Shown here: piece after piece, positions 37,501-48,410 of the stretch | Numbering within the stretch: the stretch's first letter is position 1 | Layout: every line of letters starts with the position of its first letter | From: Phycisphaerae bacterium | Lineage (GTDB): Bacteria; Planctomycetota; Phycisphaerae; UBA1845 | DNA length: 64,000 bases | Assembly: GCA_035356615.1 (NCBI GenBank) | Contig: DAOQSN010000003.1 | Coordinates: 9,835-73,834, forward strand | Direction of reading: 5' to 3' | The notes under the pieces: generated by a model | The model's database searches: none | What the model saw: the letters and a program-made list of their open reading frames with translations, nothing else | Told to the model about the DNA's origin: nothing | Program-made: the position numbers and the translations under genes

Positions 37501-38964
37501 TCAGTGTTTGGCTGCCTGAAAGCGTTCGATCGTCTCTTGCAGGGACGGCTTGACCCGGTCGTTGGGGCAGAGTTCGAGGGCCTGCTTCTCCAGAGCGATG
37601 GCTTCCTCGACGGCGCCGGTCTCGAACTTCGCCAGCGCGAGCGTGTCCAGGAACATCCAGTTCTTCCCGCCGGAGACCTCGTGGCAGCGCTGGGCGGCCG
37701 ACAGGGCCAGCTCGTTGAACTTGCCCTGGAACGGCGGTTCGGTAAGCAGCGTCCAGGCCGCCTCGTTAAGCAGGCCGGCGTCCTCCGCCGCCTTCTTGAG
37801 CAGCTCGGCGGCGGCGGCTTTCGCGGGCTCCGTCTTGCCCATGTCGGCCAGCAGGCGCACCTTCGCCCAGAGCCGGCGCGGCTCTTGCGGCTCGGCCGTG
37901 ATCGCGCGGTCGAGTGCCTCCAGAGCCACGTCGCCGTAGCGCGTCCGATGCATCTCCGAACCGAGCACGTCGGCCATCTGCGTCAGTGCCGGCGCGTCGG
38001 TCTTGCAGATTTCGAGGGTGGCCAGCACCCAGGCGCGGGCCTCGTCCTGTTGACCGGAGGCACTCAGAGCTCCGAAGTGCGCCAAGCGGGCGTCGATGTC
38101 GTTGGGGGCGAGGTCGGTCGCGCGTTTCGCGGCCTGGGCGGCCAGCTTCACGAACTCGGGATGGTTCTCGACGCCGAGCAACTGGTCGGCAAGGCCGGCC
38201 AATGCCTTGGGCTTGTCAGTGAAGCGCGACAGGGCCTCGCGGGCGATGCCCAGGGCCTGCTCGGGTTGGTTGAGCCCCTCCAGGCAAGCGACGATCTTGA
38301 AGTGCCACGGCTCGGTCAGCTCCGGGTTGAGCGCGAGCAGCGTGTCCGCGTGCTTCATCACGTCTTCCCATTTGGCACTGAACAACGCCGTTTGCAGATC
38401 GCGCTCCGCGCGGCGAAGCTGCTTGGCCCGCTGGACGTCGTACTTGCCGGCCAGCAACTGAGTGAGCGTCTCTTCCAGGTCGCCCGCGGGGTGCCCGATC
38501 CAGGCGATGCGCCCCTCCTTGTCGATGACGAACGCCGTCGGAATACCACCCTCGCCCGCGGCATCCATGTAGGCTTTGGAGGTGCGGTCCTCCTTCTCAT
38601 ACCCGATTGTGTAGGCGAGCTTGTCCCCCTGCTTCTGCACGAAGGCCTCGACTTTCTCCAGCGTGTTGTCAGGGTCTTCGGTGGTCAGGCCGATGATGGT
38701 GACGCCCGCGGGTCCGAACTTGCGTTGCAGCTCGGTCAGGTGAGGCACGGCCGCCAAGCACGGGGAGCACCACGTCGCCCAGAACTCGACGACCACCACG
38801 GACTTGCCCTTGACGGCCGCGAGGTCGACCGGTTGACCCTTGACCCACTTGTCCACTTGCAGAGCCGGGGCCGGATCACCGATGTCCAACGTTGCCGGCG
38901 CGGTCTGTCCGAAGGCTGCTCCTGCGCCCACCAGGACCAGGCCTGCCCATAGTGCGTGTCTCAT
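37501..38964 (-). CDS. Secreted TlpA/ResA-like thioredoxin-fold thiol:disulfide oxidoreductase fused to TPR-like helical repeats
   Basis: Signal peptide MRHALWAGLVLVGAGAAFG. VVVEFWATWCSPCLAAVPHL (CxxC). IPTAFVIDKEGRIAWIG. C-terminal helical repeats ending ALELCPND. Confidence 0.8.
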   Translation of the reverse strand: MRHALWAGLVLVGAGAAFGQTAPATLDIGDPAPALQVDKWVKGQPVDLAAVKGKSVVVVEFWATWCSPCLAAVPHLTELQRKFGPAGVTIIGLTTEDPDNTLEKVEAFVQKQGDKLAYTIGYEKEDRTSKAYMDAAGEGGIPTAFVIDKEGRIAWIGHPAGDLEETLTQLLAGKYDVQRAKQLRRAERDLQTALFSAKWEDVMKHADTLLALNPELTEPWHFKIVACLEGLNQPEQALGIAREALSRFTDKPKALAGLADQLLGVENHPEFVKLAAQAAKRATDLAPNDIDARLAHFGALSASGQQDEARAWVLATLEICKTDAPALTQMADVLGSEMHRTRYGDVALEALDRAITAEPQEPRRLWAKVRLLADMGKTEPAKAAAAELLKKAAEDAGLLNEAAWTLLTEPPFQGKFNELALSAAQRCHEVSGGKNWMFLDTLALAKFETGAVEEAIALEKQALELCPNDRVKPSLQETIERFQAAKH

Positions 38965-39184
38965 GCAGTTACTCCTGACTACCATTAACGTTGAGTCGTT
39001 TGCCTTTGCGGAAGTTGCCCCCGCGGGTCCAGCGAAGCAGCAGTGTCCGCCCCCGGGAGCTTGTCTAGGAAGTAGCGTCGGCCCGAGGGGGCCGACATGG
39101 AGGTCTCCCCACCTGCTGCAACGGGCTGCGGGCCGGCGAACGCACCGGTATGTCCGTGGCGGAAGGAGCTTCTTCAGCAGGTTC

Positions 39185-40684
39185 CTACGGCTGCTTGTCC
39201 TTCTCAAACTCCTGCGCGCGTGCTTCGAGGGCCTTCTTCTGTTCCTCGTCCTGGCACAGCTCCACGGCCTTCTTGAACATTTCCAGGGCTTCGGCGGTGG
39301 CCCCGTGGCGGAGCTTCGCCACGGCCAGAGTCAGCACGTACTCCCAGTTGGTGCCGCCGGACAGCTCGTGGCAGCGCTGAGCGGCCTCCAGGGCCAGCTC
39401 TTTGTAGCGGTCTCCGAGGAGCGGATCGGCAAGCAACTCGGAGGCGAACGCGTTCAGGCTGACCGGATCGGTCTGGGCCTTATTGAGGAACTCGCGTCCC
39501 ACGGCGCGGACGTCGCGGGGCTCCTTGGCGCCGCGGGCCATGATGAAGAACTTCGACTGCACGTAGCCGGCGTCCGTGGGGCGGGCCTTGATTGCGTCGT
39601 TGACCGCACGCAGCGCCAAATCCGTATACTGCCCGCCGGCCAGACCGGCCAGCGTGGTCGCGAACCCGTGCAGGTCGGGCGGTCTGCCCGCCAGCGTCTT
39701 GAGCAGCTTCGCCCCGAAGCGGGCGATTTCCGTGTCGTTCCGCTGCGCCGCCAGGGCCTGGATGTATACCAGGCTCGCGCTGTAGTCGTTCGGGTTGACC
39801 TTGAGGGCATCCTGGGCCGCGCGCGTGGCGAGCTTGTTGAAGCTGGCGCCGTAGTTGCCCCTCAGCAGCGTCGTGGCCAGCGATTGCAGCGACGTGGCAT
39901 CGCCCTGGAACTGCGCGATGGCCTTCTCCGCCACACCCAGGGCGGTCTCGCGGGTCGACTCGTATTGCAGGTACGCGAGCAGCTTCAACTCCCACGTGTC
40001 CACCTGCTTGGGGCTGCGCTCGAGCAGCTTGTCGATCTCAGCTACCTGGGCGGCGAGTTTCTCTTCATCGACCTTCCGACGTTCACTCCCGGACTGAGGG
40101 GCCCGAGGATTGGCGATCTGCAGCAGTTGCGTGCGGAGCACGGCCGCCTGCCGGGCGGTGTCCACGTCATAGGTACCAGCCAGGACGGCCGGCAGCACCG
40201 CGTCCAGCGCAAACGGCGAGCCGATCCACGCGACGCGTCCCGAACGATCCACCACGAAGGCCGTCGGGATGCCATCCTGTCCGGCGGCGCGCATGTAGGC
40301 GTCGTACGTCCGCCCGTCTTTGTCAAACGCAACCGCGTAGGCCATCTGGTCGCCCTGCCGCTGCACGAACGACCTGACCGCGTCCAGCTTGTTGCGGTCG
40401 TCCTGCTTGGTCACGCCGACGATCACGAGCCCCTGCGCGGCGTATTGCGTCTGGAGGCGTGTCAGATGCGGGATGCTCGCCCGGCAAGGACCGCACCACG
40501 TCGCCCAGAACTCCAGCACCAGCACGCCGCGCCCCTGCAGCATGGGCACGTCCACCGCCTCCCCCTTGAGCCACGTGTCAAGCTGGAAACGCGGAGCCGC
40601 GTCGCCGATCGTCAAGTCAGCCCCCGCCAGCGGGGCGAACAAGCACACTGCCAAGGCAAACACCGGCCCGGAAGTCCGCTTCAT
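39185..40684 (-). CDS. Secreted TlpA-like thioredoxin-fold protein fused to TPR-like repeats (tandem paralog)
   Basis: Signal peptide MKRTSGPVFALAVCLFAPLAGA. LVLEFWATWCGPCRASIPHL. IPTAFVVDRSGRVAWIG. Confidence 0.8.
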   Translation of the reverse strand: MKRTSGPVFALAVCLFAPLAGADLTIGDAAPRFQLDTWLKGEAVDVPMLQGRGVLVLEFWATWCGPCRASIPHLTRLQTQYAAQGLVIVGVTKQDDRNKLDAVRSFVQRQGDQMAYAVAFDKDGRTYDAYMRAAGQDGIPTAFVVDRSGRVAWIGSPFALDAVLPAVLAGTYDVDTARQAAVLRTQLLQIANPRAPQSGSERRKVDEEKLAAQVAEIDKLLERSPKQVDTWELKLLAYLQYESTRETALGVAEKAIAQFQGDATSLQSLATTLLRGNYGASFNKLATRAAQDALKVNPNDYSASLVYIQALAAQRNDTEIARFGAKLLKTLAGRPPDLHGFATTLAGLAGGQYTDLALRAVNDAIKARPTDAGYVQSKFFIMARGAKEPRDVRAVGREFLNKAQTDPVSLNAFASELLADPLLGDRYKELALEAAQRCHELSGGTNWEYVLTLAVAKLRHGATAEALEMFKKAVELCQDEEQKKALEARAQEFEKDKQP

Positions 40685-41260
40685 CGTTACATCCTCCGCG
40701 CCCGGTGCCGACGGCAGGTTCCGCGACCGATGCGTCCCGCCCCGGACACCCGGGTGAAACGAACCCGATCTCCGACTCCACTTTCATCATACCCTCTGCC
40801 GCCGGGTTTCACCACTGCACCAAGACGGGTCTCGGGGCGTTCTGCGAGCGGTGTGCCACGCCGCCGCGAAAGGGGGGGCTGGGGCGTCCGCTCTGAGATT
40901 TGAGATATCAAATCTCGCCACGCCCCCGCGATAGGGGTTCCGGGGGGAGCGGACGGCGGCGGCAGCGACCGCCCGGCGGGAGCGGCGGCGGGCATGAATC
41001 GGCCCCTCTCCCGCATCGGGGGCTTCCGCGCCCGGCGTGGGCTACGCCCCCATCGACCGCGGGCGAGCTCGGACGCCAAGTTCACGGCGTTGGGTGCCCT
41101 GCTTTCCCGCGACCGCGGTCGCGGGTAACCATGCCTCTGCGGACGCAGCACATGCCCACCCCCGCCTGCGGCGGGTGAGGGCATGGCACCCACGCTAAAA
41201 CGTACTCTCCCCCGGCGAGAGAGGCAGGGGTCTGGAGCTGCAGCGCGGGGCTGATGCCGA

Positions 41261-41295
41261 CCCCTCTCCCCCGGGGAGAGGGGCAGGGGTGAGGG
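41261..41295. repeat. Dispersed repeat CCCCTCTCCCCCGGGGAGAGGGGCAGGGGTGAGGG (a degenerate copy lies at about 41201-41232)
   Basis: Read directly. Confidence 0.8.
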
Positions 41296-41873
41296 CCGCG
41301 GAGGCGGGTGCATGCTTACGACTCGGAGGCAAGGTTGCCCGCGACTCCTCCGGAGGGGACGCCGCGGCCACGACACGCGCGGCGATGGATCGTCAGTCGC
41401 GGCGACGTGGGGGCTGCCGCTCCTCGGAGGTGCCGGCGGCTGCTGCTACGCTCGCCTGCCGGACTCCGCCTGATCCGCGGTGTACCGGCAGGTGGGCGTT
41501 CAACGAACCCCATCTTGCGGGTCGTGCGGGCAGCGCCCTGATCGCCCGGGAGCCGAAGGTCGCCGGATCGCCGGCGTGCGGGAGGTTGCCGGTAGCCCGT
41601 CGTGCAGGAGATGCCCACGGATTGCCCGCGTGCGGGAGGTTGGCGAATCGCCCGCGTGCCGGGCGGGGTCGGTCCTCCCCGGCCGGGGCCGGTCTAGACC
41701 GCCGGGGCTTGCCCGGGGTCGTGGGTGGATTAGAATGCTGCCGGTGGTGAGGACGTGGCCGGCCGGGGCGGCGACCCCGGCGGGCGTCGGGTGCTACGGC
41801 CACGCCCGCGAGGGTGGGTCGGTCCTGCACCCCAGCCGCAGAGGCCGACGCTGCCCAGCGGCGAAGCCCGAAA

Positions 41874-43252
<1,379 letters not shown>

Positions 43253-43256
<4 letters not shown>

Positions 43257-43474
43257 ACGTCACCTCCCCTTTGCTTTCGTCGGGGCAAGCGTACCAGCGT
43301 CAGCCGGTAGCCGAGTGTTGCGGCCAGCCTCTCGGCCGACGCGAGAGACAACCCCCGCTCGCCGGACAGCAGCCGCGACAAGGCGGATTGCTCGATACCA
43401 CCGTCAACCGACAGCCGGTATCGAGTCCGCCCGTCCGCTTGGATCAGCTTCCGAAGATCGTCCAGTAGGTTCAT
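43253..43474 (-). CDS. Small helix-turn-helix (XRE/Cro-like) DNA-binding protein
   Basis: MNLLDDLRKLIQADGRTRYRLSVDGGIEQSALSRLLSGERGLSLASAERLAATLGY. Its stop overlaps the integrase ATG (ATGA). Confidence 0.6.
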
Positions 43475-43505
43475 GCCGGTACCATACCCCATTGCTTGCC
43501 GCGCG

Positions 43506-45902
43506 TCAACTACAATCCGCCGGGTCATCGTAAATCGGTTCCGCGTCCGGGTCGGCTTCCGGGACGCGCCAGACCACCTCGTCCGGGGGGCCGTCTCCGA
43601 CGCTTTCGACACTGGCGACACTGGCGACGGTGCCAGAACCCCTGTTTTCGGGGTCGTGGCGCGGGGTTTCGTCGCCGTCGCCAATGTCGCCAAGCCGAAA
43701 CGTCGCCGTCGCCCGCCCACCGGCTGGACCAGGCTGCGTGTAGTCCCACCGCCCGAAGCCCGCCTTGACCAGGGCGTCCAACGCTTCCCGTGCCAGCTCG
43801 GGCTGGTCGCGGAATCGCCGGGGGCCGCGGGCCAAGTCGCGGGCTGTGCAGCGATTGCCGTGTTGGCGAATCCACGCCACCAGCTTCCGCCGATCCGCCG
43901 TCGCCGGGTCAACGCCTCCCTCGTCGCTCGCCAGCAGGGGGTACAACCTTGCGGCTTCGCTCCCGAACCACGACGCCAGCTTGCACGCTCTCTCCATGAC
44001 GCCGGGCGTCACCACCACCGCACCACCCGCCGCCGATGCTTCGCAGGTTGCCAACGTCAAGGCCAGCCGGAGCGCGATGCCCCGCAGCTTGTCCAGCGCG
44101 GCGCGCAGGTCATCATCATCGGTGGCGTCGATATCCTTGCCCAGGAGGTCGCGCCACGCTATGAACACCCGCCGCGCGTCCGACCCGACGCCGACCGTAG
44201 CCGGTATGGGCGAACCGGAGTCATCGGTCGCGGGCCGCCAGTCCAGCAGGGCCGCCAACAAGTCGCGCCACGCGAACACGGCCGCCGGGTCAAGCACGCC
44301 CGCCGACCACCGCGACGGCCGTTGGGGTGGCCACACCAACAAGAATCGCGCCAGAAAGCCGCTTTCGCGTTCCGCCCTGGCGAACGTGCGCTTCAGCGTG
44401 CGTGGTTGGATTCCGCCCAGCAAGCTCACCGCCGCGTGCTCCACGAATATGGAGACGCCGCCCGTCTTGCGGTCCACCAAAACGTGCTCCGCGCTGTACA
44501 TGCTAAGGTACGCTTCGCGGTCATTACCTCTGCCACCTGCCGCATACCGATCGAATCCACCGATCAGCCCCGACAGCTCGTCGCGCACGCACAGCAGCCC
44601 CAGCGGATTGTCGTTCAACATCGTGGCGAGGCGTTCTACTGTTATATCTGCCACCAACACACGCTTCTCGATCGGCCGCTCGGGTTCCAACGGTGGATCG
44701 GTTGCGGGGCCGTCGCGTTGCGATTTCTTCCACGTGGCGAGGTCCACCTCATAACGCGCCAACGCCGACACGTGCTCACGCATCGCGCGTTCGTGTTCGA
44801 CCCGCTCGGCCTTGAATAGTTCGATCAACGGCCGCGTAATCAGTCTCAGCAACGGGGTTTTCGTCGTGCCCGAGCGCCCGACGATCGTGCCCCAAAGCAC
44901 AGCGGCTTCCGACCAGCCGGGAAATACTTCGATGCGCGCTCGATTGCCGATGCACGCCGTTGCCGTGACCAGCGCCCCCAGGGCCGCCCATGCCGGATCG
45001 GTGTCGGTCGCCGCCGCCGCCGACAGCGCGAAGTCACGCATGGTGTCGGGCAGCAACTCGACGGGGAACGGTTGCCATTCGGCCGCCGGGTCCGGTGCAT
45101 CGTCCGCGGGGTCGTAGCGCGCTACGCTCGCCGCGATGCGCTCAACTTCGGCTTCGTCCAGCGGCACGTCACAGCGCTTGCGATTCACAATGTGTAGGGC
45201 CGTGGCGATTTCTTCTCGCTCAACACCCGCGCGCCGCATCACGCCCGCCATACTCATTAACGTTGCGTTGCGCTTGCCCTCTGGGATGCCCTGCCCGTTC
45301 AGCGGGTCCGGTCCGGCTGCCCCGCGGGGCTTCCGGGCCGGTTCCCGCAGAAGGTCCAGCAGCCAACCCGGAGCGTCGGCAAGCGGCGTGCTTTCAGGAT
45401 CGTGAATCCATCTATACAGATTGCCACTTGCATGATTGCTCGGCGGCGCCAACACGTATCCACCCGCGCCCCGCGTGTCGATGCCGGGGCCGAGTTTCCC
45501 CGCAGTGTTTCGGTACATGCCGTCCAGCGGATACCGAAAGTAATAGTGGCACCCACCGCCACCCGTAGCAGCGGTTACAGTTTTCGGCAACGGGCCATAC
45601 TGCACTTCGAGCTGCGCAAGGCTTGCGGGTCCGCCGTGGCGCGGGTCGATGTCGAGAACCAGCAAACCGCTTTCGGGTCCGGTGCATACTGCAACATTCG
45701 CAGACGGCCAGCGCTGCCACCAGGTGCGGATGCGTTCCGCGTCGGTCGTGCCCTCGGCCAGCCCGTGTGCCGGGCGCGGATGTTTGCCCGCAGACTTACA
45801 AGCAGGCTCGCCGCAAGAGCACCCCCCGTTTTTGATTGAATTACACGGGAACGTTCGCCAGCCGCACGCGGCGTAAGACAAGGCAGCGTCTAGCGTGGTC
45901 AT
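43506..45902 (-). CDS. Bifunctional primase-polymerase (PrimPol N-terminal, PriCT-like) fused to a DUF3987-type replication-helicase-like domain
   Basis: ALSYAACGWRTFPC...GKHP...NVAVCTGPESGLLVLDIDPRHGG. GGYVLAPPS. GKRNATLMSMAGVMRR. C-terminal ...VRDELSGLIGGFDRY...REAYLSMYS... Confidence 0.8.
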   Translation of the reverse strand: MTTLDAALSYAACGWRTFPCNSIKNGGCSCGEPACKSAGKHPRPAHGLAEGTTDAERIRTWWQRWPSANVAVCTGPESGLLVLDIDPRHGGPASLAQLEVQYGPLPKTVTAATGGGGCHYYFRYPLDGMYRNTAGKLGPGIDTRGAGGYVLAPPSNHASGNLYRWIHDPESTPLADAPGWLLDLLREPARKPRGAAGPDPLNGQGIPEGKRNATLMSMAGVMRRAGVEREEIATALHIVNRKRCDVPLDEAEVERIAASVARYDPADDAPDPAAEWQPFPVELLPDTMRDFALSAAAATDTDPAWAALGALVTATACIGNRARIEVFPGWSEAAVLWGTIVGRSGTTKTPLLRLITRPLIELFKAERVEHERAMREHVSALARYEVDLATWKKSQRDGPATDPPLEPERPIEKRVLVADITVERLATMLNDNPLGLLCVRDELSGLIGGFDRYAAGGRGNDREAYLSMYSAEHVLVDRKTGGVSIFVEHAAVSLLGGIQPRTLKRTFARAERESGFLARFLLVWPPQRPSRWSAGVLDPAAVFAWRDLLAALLDWRPATDDSGSPIPATVGVGSDARRVFIAWRDLLGKDIDATDDDDLRAALDKLRGIALRLALTLATCEASAAGGAVVVTPGVMERACKLASWFGSEAARLYPLLASDEGGVDPATADRRKLVAWIRQHGNRCTARDLARGPRRFRDQPELAREALDALVKAGFGRWDYTQPGPAGGRATATFRLGDIGDGDETPRHDPENRGSGTVASVASVESVGDGPPDEVVWRVPEADPDAEPIYDDPADCS

Positions 45903-46117
45903 CGCGCACCGCCTTTCGTGCGCGCGTCGAGCCAGGCTTGCAGCGCGTGAACGTTGTAAAGGGTTCGGGCCCCGAGCCGCAGGTGCGGGATTTCGCCGGA
46001 GTTCGTGCGCGACCACAGCAACCGCACGCCGATGCCCAGCATTCGCGCCGCCTCACGCGCGCCAACCGCCAGGGGGGCCGGGGCGTCGGGGGTCACAGAG
46101 TGTTTCTTACTGGGCAT
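45899..46117 (-). CDS. Excisionase-family (AlpA/MerR-type HTH_17) DNA-binding protein
   Basis: LAVGAREAARMLGIGVRLLWSRTNSGEIPHLRLGARTLYNVHALQAWL. Confidence 0.7.
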   Translation of the reverse strand: MPSKKHSVTPDAPAPLAVGAREAARMLGIGVRLLWSRTNSGEIPHLRLGARTLYNVHALQAWLDARTKGGAR

Positions 46118-46316
46118 CGGTGTCCCCTTTGCGTGCTGCCCGTGCCAGTAGTTCGCGCTCTACGGCAGCACAATTGAAGAGGAGGCGGCGCCCAGCGCGC
46201 AGGTAGGGCACGCGCTCGGCTTCGGCTTCGGTGCGCAGCCAGGCAGCGGGCACCCCGAGCCGGAACGCCGCGCGCTCCAGTGAGATGAAACTTTCGTTGG
46301 TGTTGCGTGGGTCCAT
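46107..46316 (-). CDS. Second excisionase-family HTH protein
   Basis: ISLERAAFRLGVPAAWLRTEAEAERVPYLRAGRRLLFNCAAVEREL. It overlaps the next gene by 11 nt. Confidence 0.65.
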   Translation of the reverse strand: MDPRNTNESFISLERAAFRLGVPAAWLRTEAEAERVPYLRAGRRLLFNCAAVERELLARAARKGDTDAQ

Positions 46317-46390
46317 GCCCCGAGTGTGAACGCGCGCGGACCGCACGCAAGCGTTTTTCGCCGTGAGGGGGTTTCTTTCGGATATTCGGA

Positions 46391-47065
46391 TTAGTTTCCG
46401 GGTTTCTTTCGGATTTGGCCGAGCTGGGCCAGGGCGGCTTGGCAACGTTCGCGCGTGGCGTTTTCAGTGTTCACGGCCAGCATCGTCTGCACAAGCTTCA
46501 TCGCGTCGCCGGGCGAATAGCAGAAGTTTCGTTGACCGGGCCGGGCCGTCGTCAGGCCAGCTCGTTTCGCATACTTATTCAACGTGTCATTCGTGACGCC
46601 CGTTAGCCCGCGCAGCTCGGGTATGGTGACGCCGGGGCCGTCCGCCACGTCCGCCACCGGGGGCACGTCGGCAGCGGGCGTCGGTTCAGCATGCACGGGG
46701 ACGGGGTCAACCCATCGCAGTACACCGTCTATGGCCAACGCCAGGTCGCGCGGCACGTCGCCGAAACGCTGCCACGCTATGGGGTCCTGCTTGGCCAGCA
46801 GCGCCACCCACCGGCTATCCGTCGCGCACCGCACCGCCTCTTGCAGCACCGACCGCAACGCGGGCGCCTCGCGCTCGGCCATGTAGGCCGCCAGCGCAGG
46901 CACCAGTGCCCCAAGCTGGTTCGCCATCTCCCGGAACGCTTGCACGTCGTCGGGATACGCTTCTGCGGGGCTACGCCCGCGAAGCTCCGCGTAGTTGCGC
47001 TCGGGCAATTCGAGTAAGGCGTCGCGGATCGTCAGCAGCCGGGAGCGAAGATCGTCGGGGGGCAT
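46391..47065 (-). CDS. Hypothetical island protein with C-terminal HTH-like segment
   Basis: ATG at 47065 (MPPDDLRSRLL...). VTIPELRGLTGVTNDTLNKYAKRAGL resembles an HTH. Confidence 0.55.
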   Translation of the reverse strand: MPPDDLRSRLLTIRDALLELPERNYAELRGRSPAEAYPDDVQAFREMANQLGALVPALAAYMAEREAPALRSVLQEAVRCATDSRWVALLAKQDPIAWQRFGDVPRDLALAIDGVLRWVDPVPVHAEPTPAADVPPVADVADGPGVTIPELRGLTGVTNDTLNKYAKRAGLTTARPGQRNFCYSPGDAMKLVQTMLAVNTENATRERCQAALAQLGQIRKKPGN

Positions 47066-47348
47066 GCCACCTATCCTTCGCGGGCCGACCCGGCCGAGCC
47101 CAGGCGATAGGTGTTCCTGGACCCGGCTGGGCCGTTCGCAAGCCGTCGCCTGCTGCCCACCACAGTTTCCGCGTGCGGTCGCCCGCGTCAACACACTTGC
47201 CAAACATTGCCACCGGCGCCCTTAACCTCTTATCTACTTTTCGGTCGCCTTGTTGTTTCAGGGGCCGCCGGTTCCGCCCCTACCGCCAAGCCCGCCGAGC
47301 TGCCGATCGTCGCTTGGCGCGGCCTTTCCGCCTGCGGCCGGGGCATCG

Positions 47349-47573
47349 TCACTCGCCGGCGGGGGCTTGGGCTGCCATTGCGCACGCCCAGTCGCGGGGG
47401 ACACTCCGCAACACGCCGCCCAAGCAGTGTGCATAGGCGCCCGTCCGACGATTGCGGATCAGCATGCCCACCATGGCGTCACGGACCGGATGCTGCACCC
47501 ACCGTCGGATAACTTCGAACCCGTCTGGCACCAACCCGGCCAAGGCCGGGGGTTCCTGCTGAGTCTGAGTCAT
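47349..47573 (-). CDS. Hypothetical small island protein
   Basis: ATG at 47573 lies after GGAGGTGA. 74 codons; no recognisable motif. Confidence 0.45.
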   Translation of the reverse strand: MTQTQQEPPALAGLVPDGFEVIRRWVQHPVRDAMVGMLIRNRRTGAYAHCLGGVLRSVPRDWACAMAAQAPAGE

Positions 47574-48086
47574 CGTGTCACCTCCATTGTTCACTTCCCC
47601 CCCCCATGCCGGGCGAGACACACAATCGCCTCCCGGACGGCCGGGGGCAAGCTCGGCCACGCTTTCACCACCGCCGCAAGCTGGGGGTCCGCCGCTTCCG
47701 TTCGGGGTCCGTCCGGTTCCCGAGGGGGGTCCGCCGGGGCCGGTTTTCTGCGCCCAACTGCTGACAGTTCTGCTGACGCGCGGGCTGGGGGTTTCGTAAG
47801 TCCTTGTCCCGTAACGTCTTGTGGCGCCGGGCATCGGTCTACGGAACCGAAGGTTGGAGGTTCGAATCCTCCGCGGCGCGATTTCAACGGTTTGTGATTG
47901 ACGCGGGTGGATCTCTACGAGGGGTGATTCTGCGCGCAGAGCCGGCGGCCCAGGGGCAGGCTCGCTTGACTCGGGACGCCGGCGGGGAGGCAGTGTGCTG
48001 CCTGGGGTCGGGGGGCGGCCCGCGGGGTACATTCGGACCTGGCGTCACTGCCCGGTGACGGCGGTGGCGGCGGGAGCAGGGACGCT

Positions 48087-48410
48087 ATGAGCGCGGCGAC
48101 GGAGCATCCGATCCCCGAAGGCGATTTCGCGGCGGCGTTGGCGGATTGCGACGCGGCGTTGGCGGATTGCGACGCGGCGTTGGCGGATTGCGACGCGGCG
48201 TTGACGTACCCCGAGAACCTCGGCGTGGGCCGGCCGAATCAGCCGGAGCACGCCGCGGTCCCCTGCGGACGCGGCCAGGCGCTGGTAGCGCTGGGCCGGC
48301 ACGAGGACGCGCTGGACGCCTGGAAGGACGGGGCGGCCGGTGCCGAGGGGTCGCCGGAGAAGACTGAGTACCGCCGGCTCTGCGCCGAGCAACTGGCGTC
48401 TGACAAGTAG
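48087..48410 (+). CDS. Small TPR-like protein containing a perfect 21-bp x3 tandem repeat
   Basis: ...GDFAAALADCDAALADCDAALADCDAALTYPENL...RGQALVALGRHEDALDAW resembles a TPR helix pair. The repeat lies at 48132-48203. Confidence 0.45.
   Translation: MSAATEHPIPEGDFAAALADCDAALADCDAALADCDAALTYPENLGVGRPNQPEHAAVPCGRGQALVALGRHEDALDAWKDGAAGAEGSPEKTEYRRLCAEQLASDK

Noticed and set aside
38840-40903. 687-aa ORF on the + strand (also 37504-38952, 482 aa)
   Set aside because: Antisense to the two TlpA/TPR genes, which have signal peptides, CxxC motifs and SD sequences. The antisense frames are low-complexity Arg/Gly/Leu-rich.
43473-44819. 448-aa ORF on the + strand (and 50996-52048, 8941-9951, 10000-10836, 13015-13947, 61013-61927)
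   Set aside because: All are antisense to genes with clear family motifs. No independent support.
47831-47880. Possible second tRNA-Arg gene
   Set aside because: Only the anticodon arm to the 3' end is present. Upstream sequence cannot form an acceptor stem or D arm. It is interpreted as the attR copy of the island's direct repeat.
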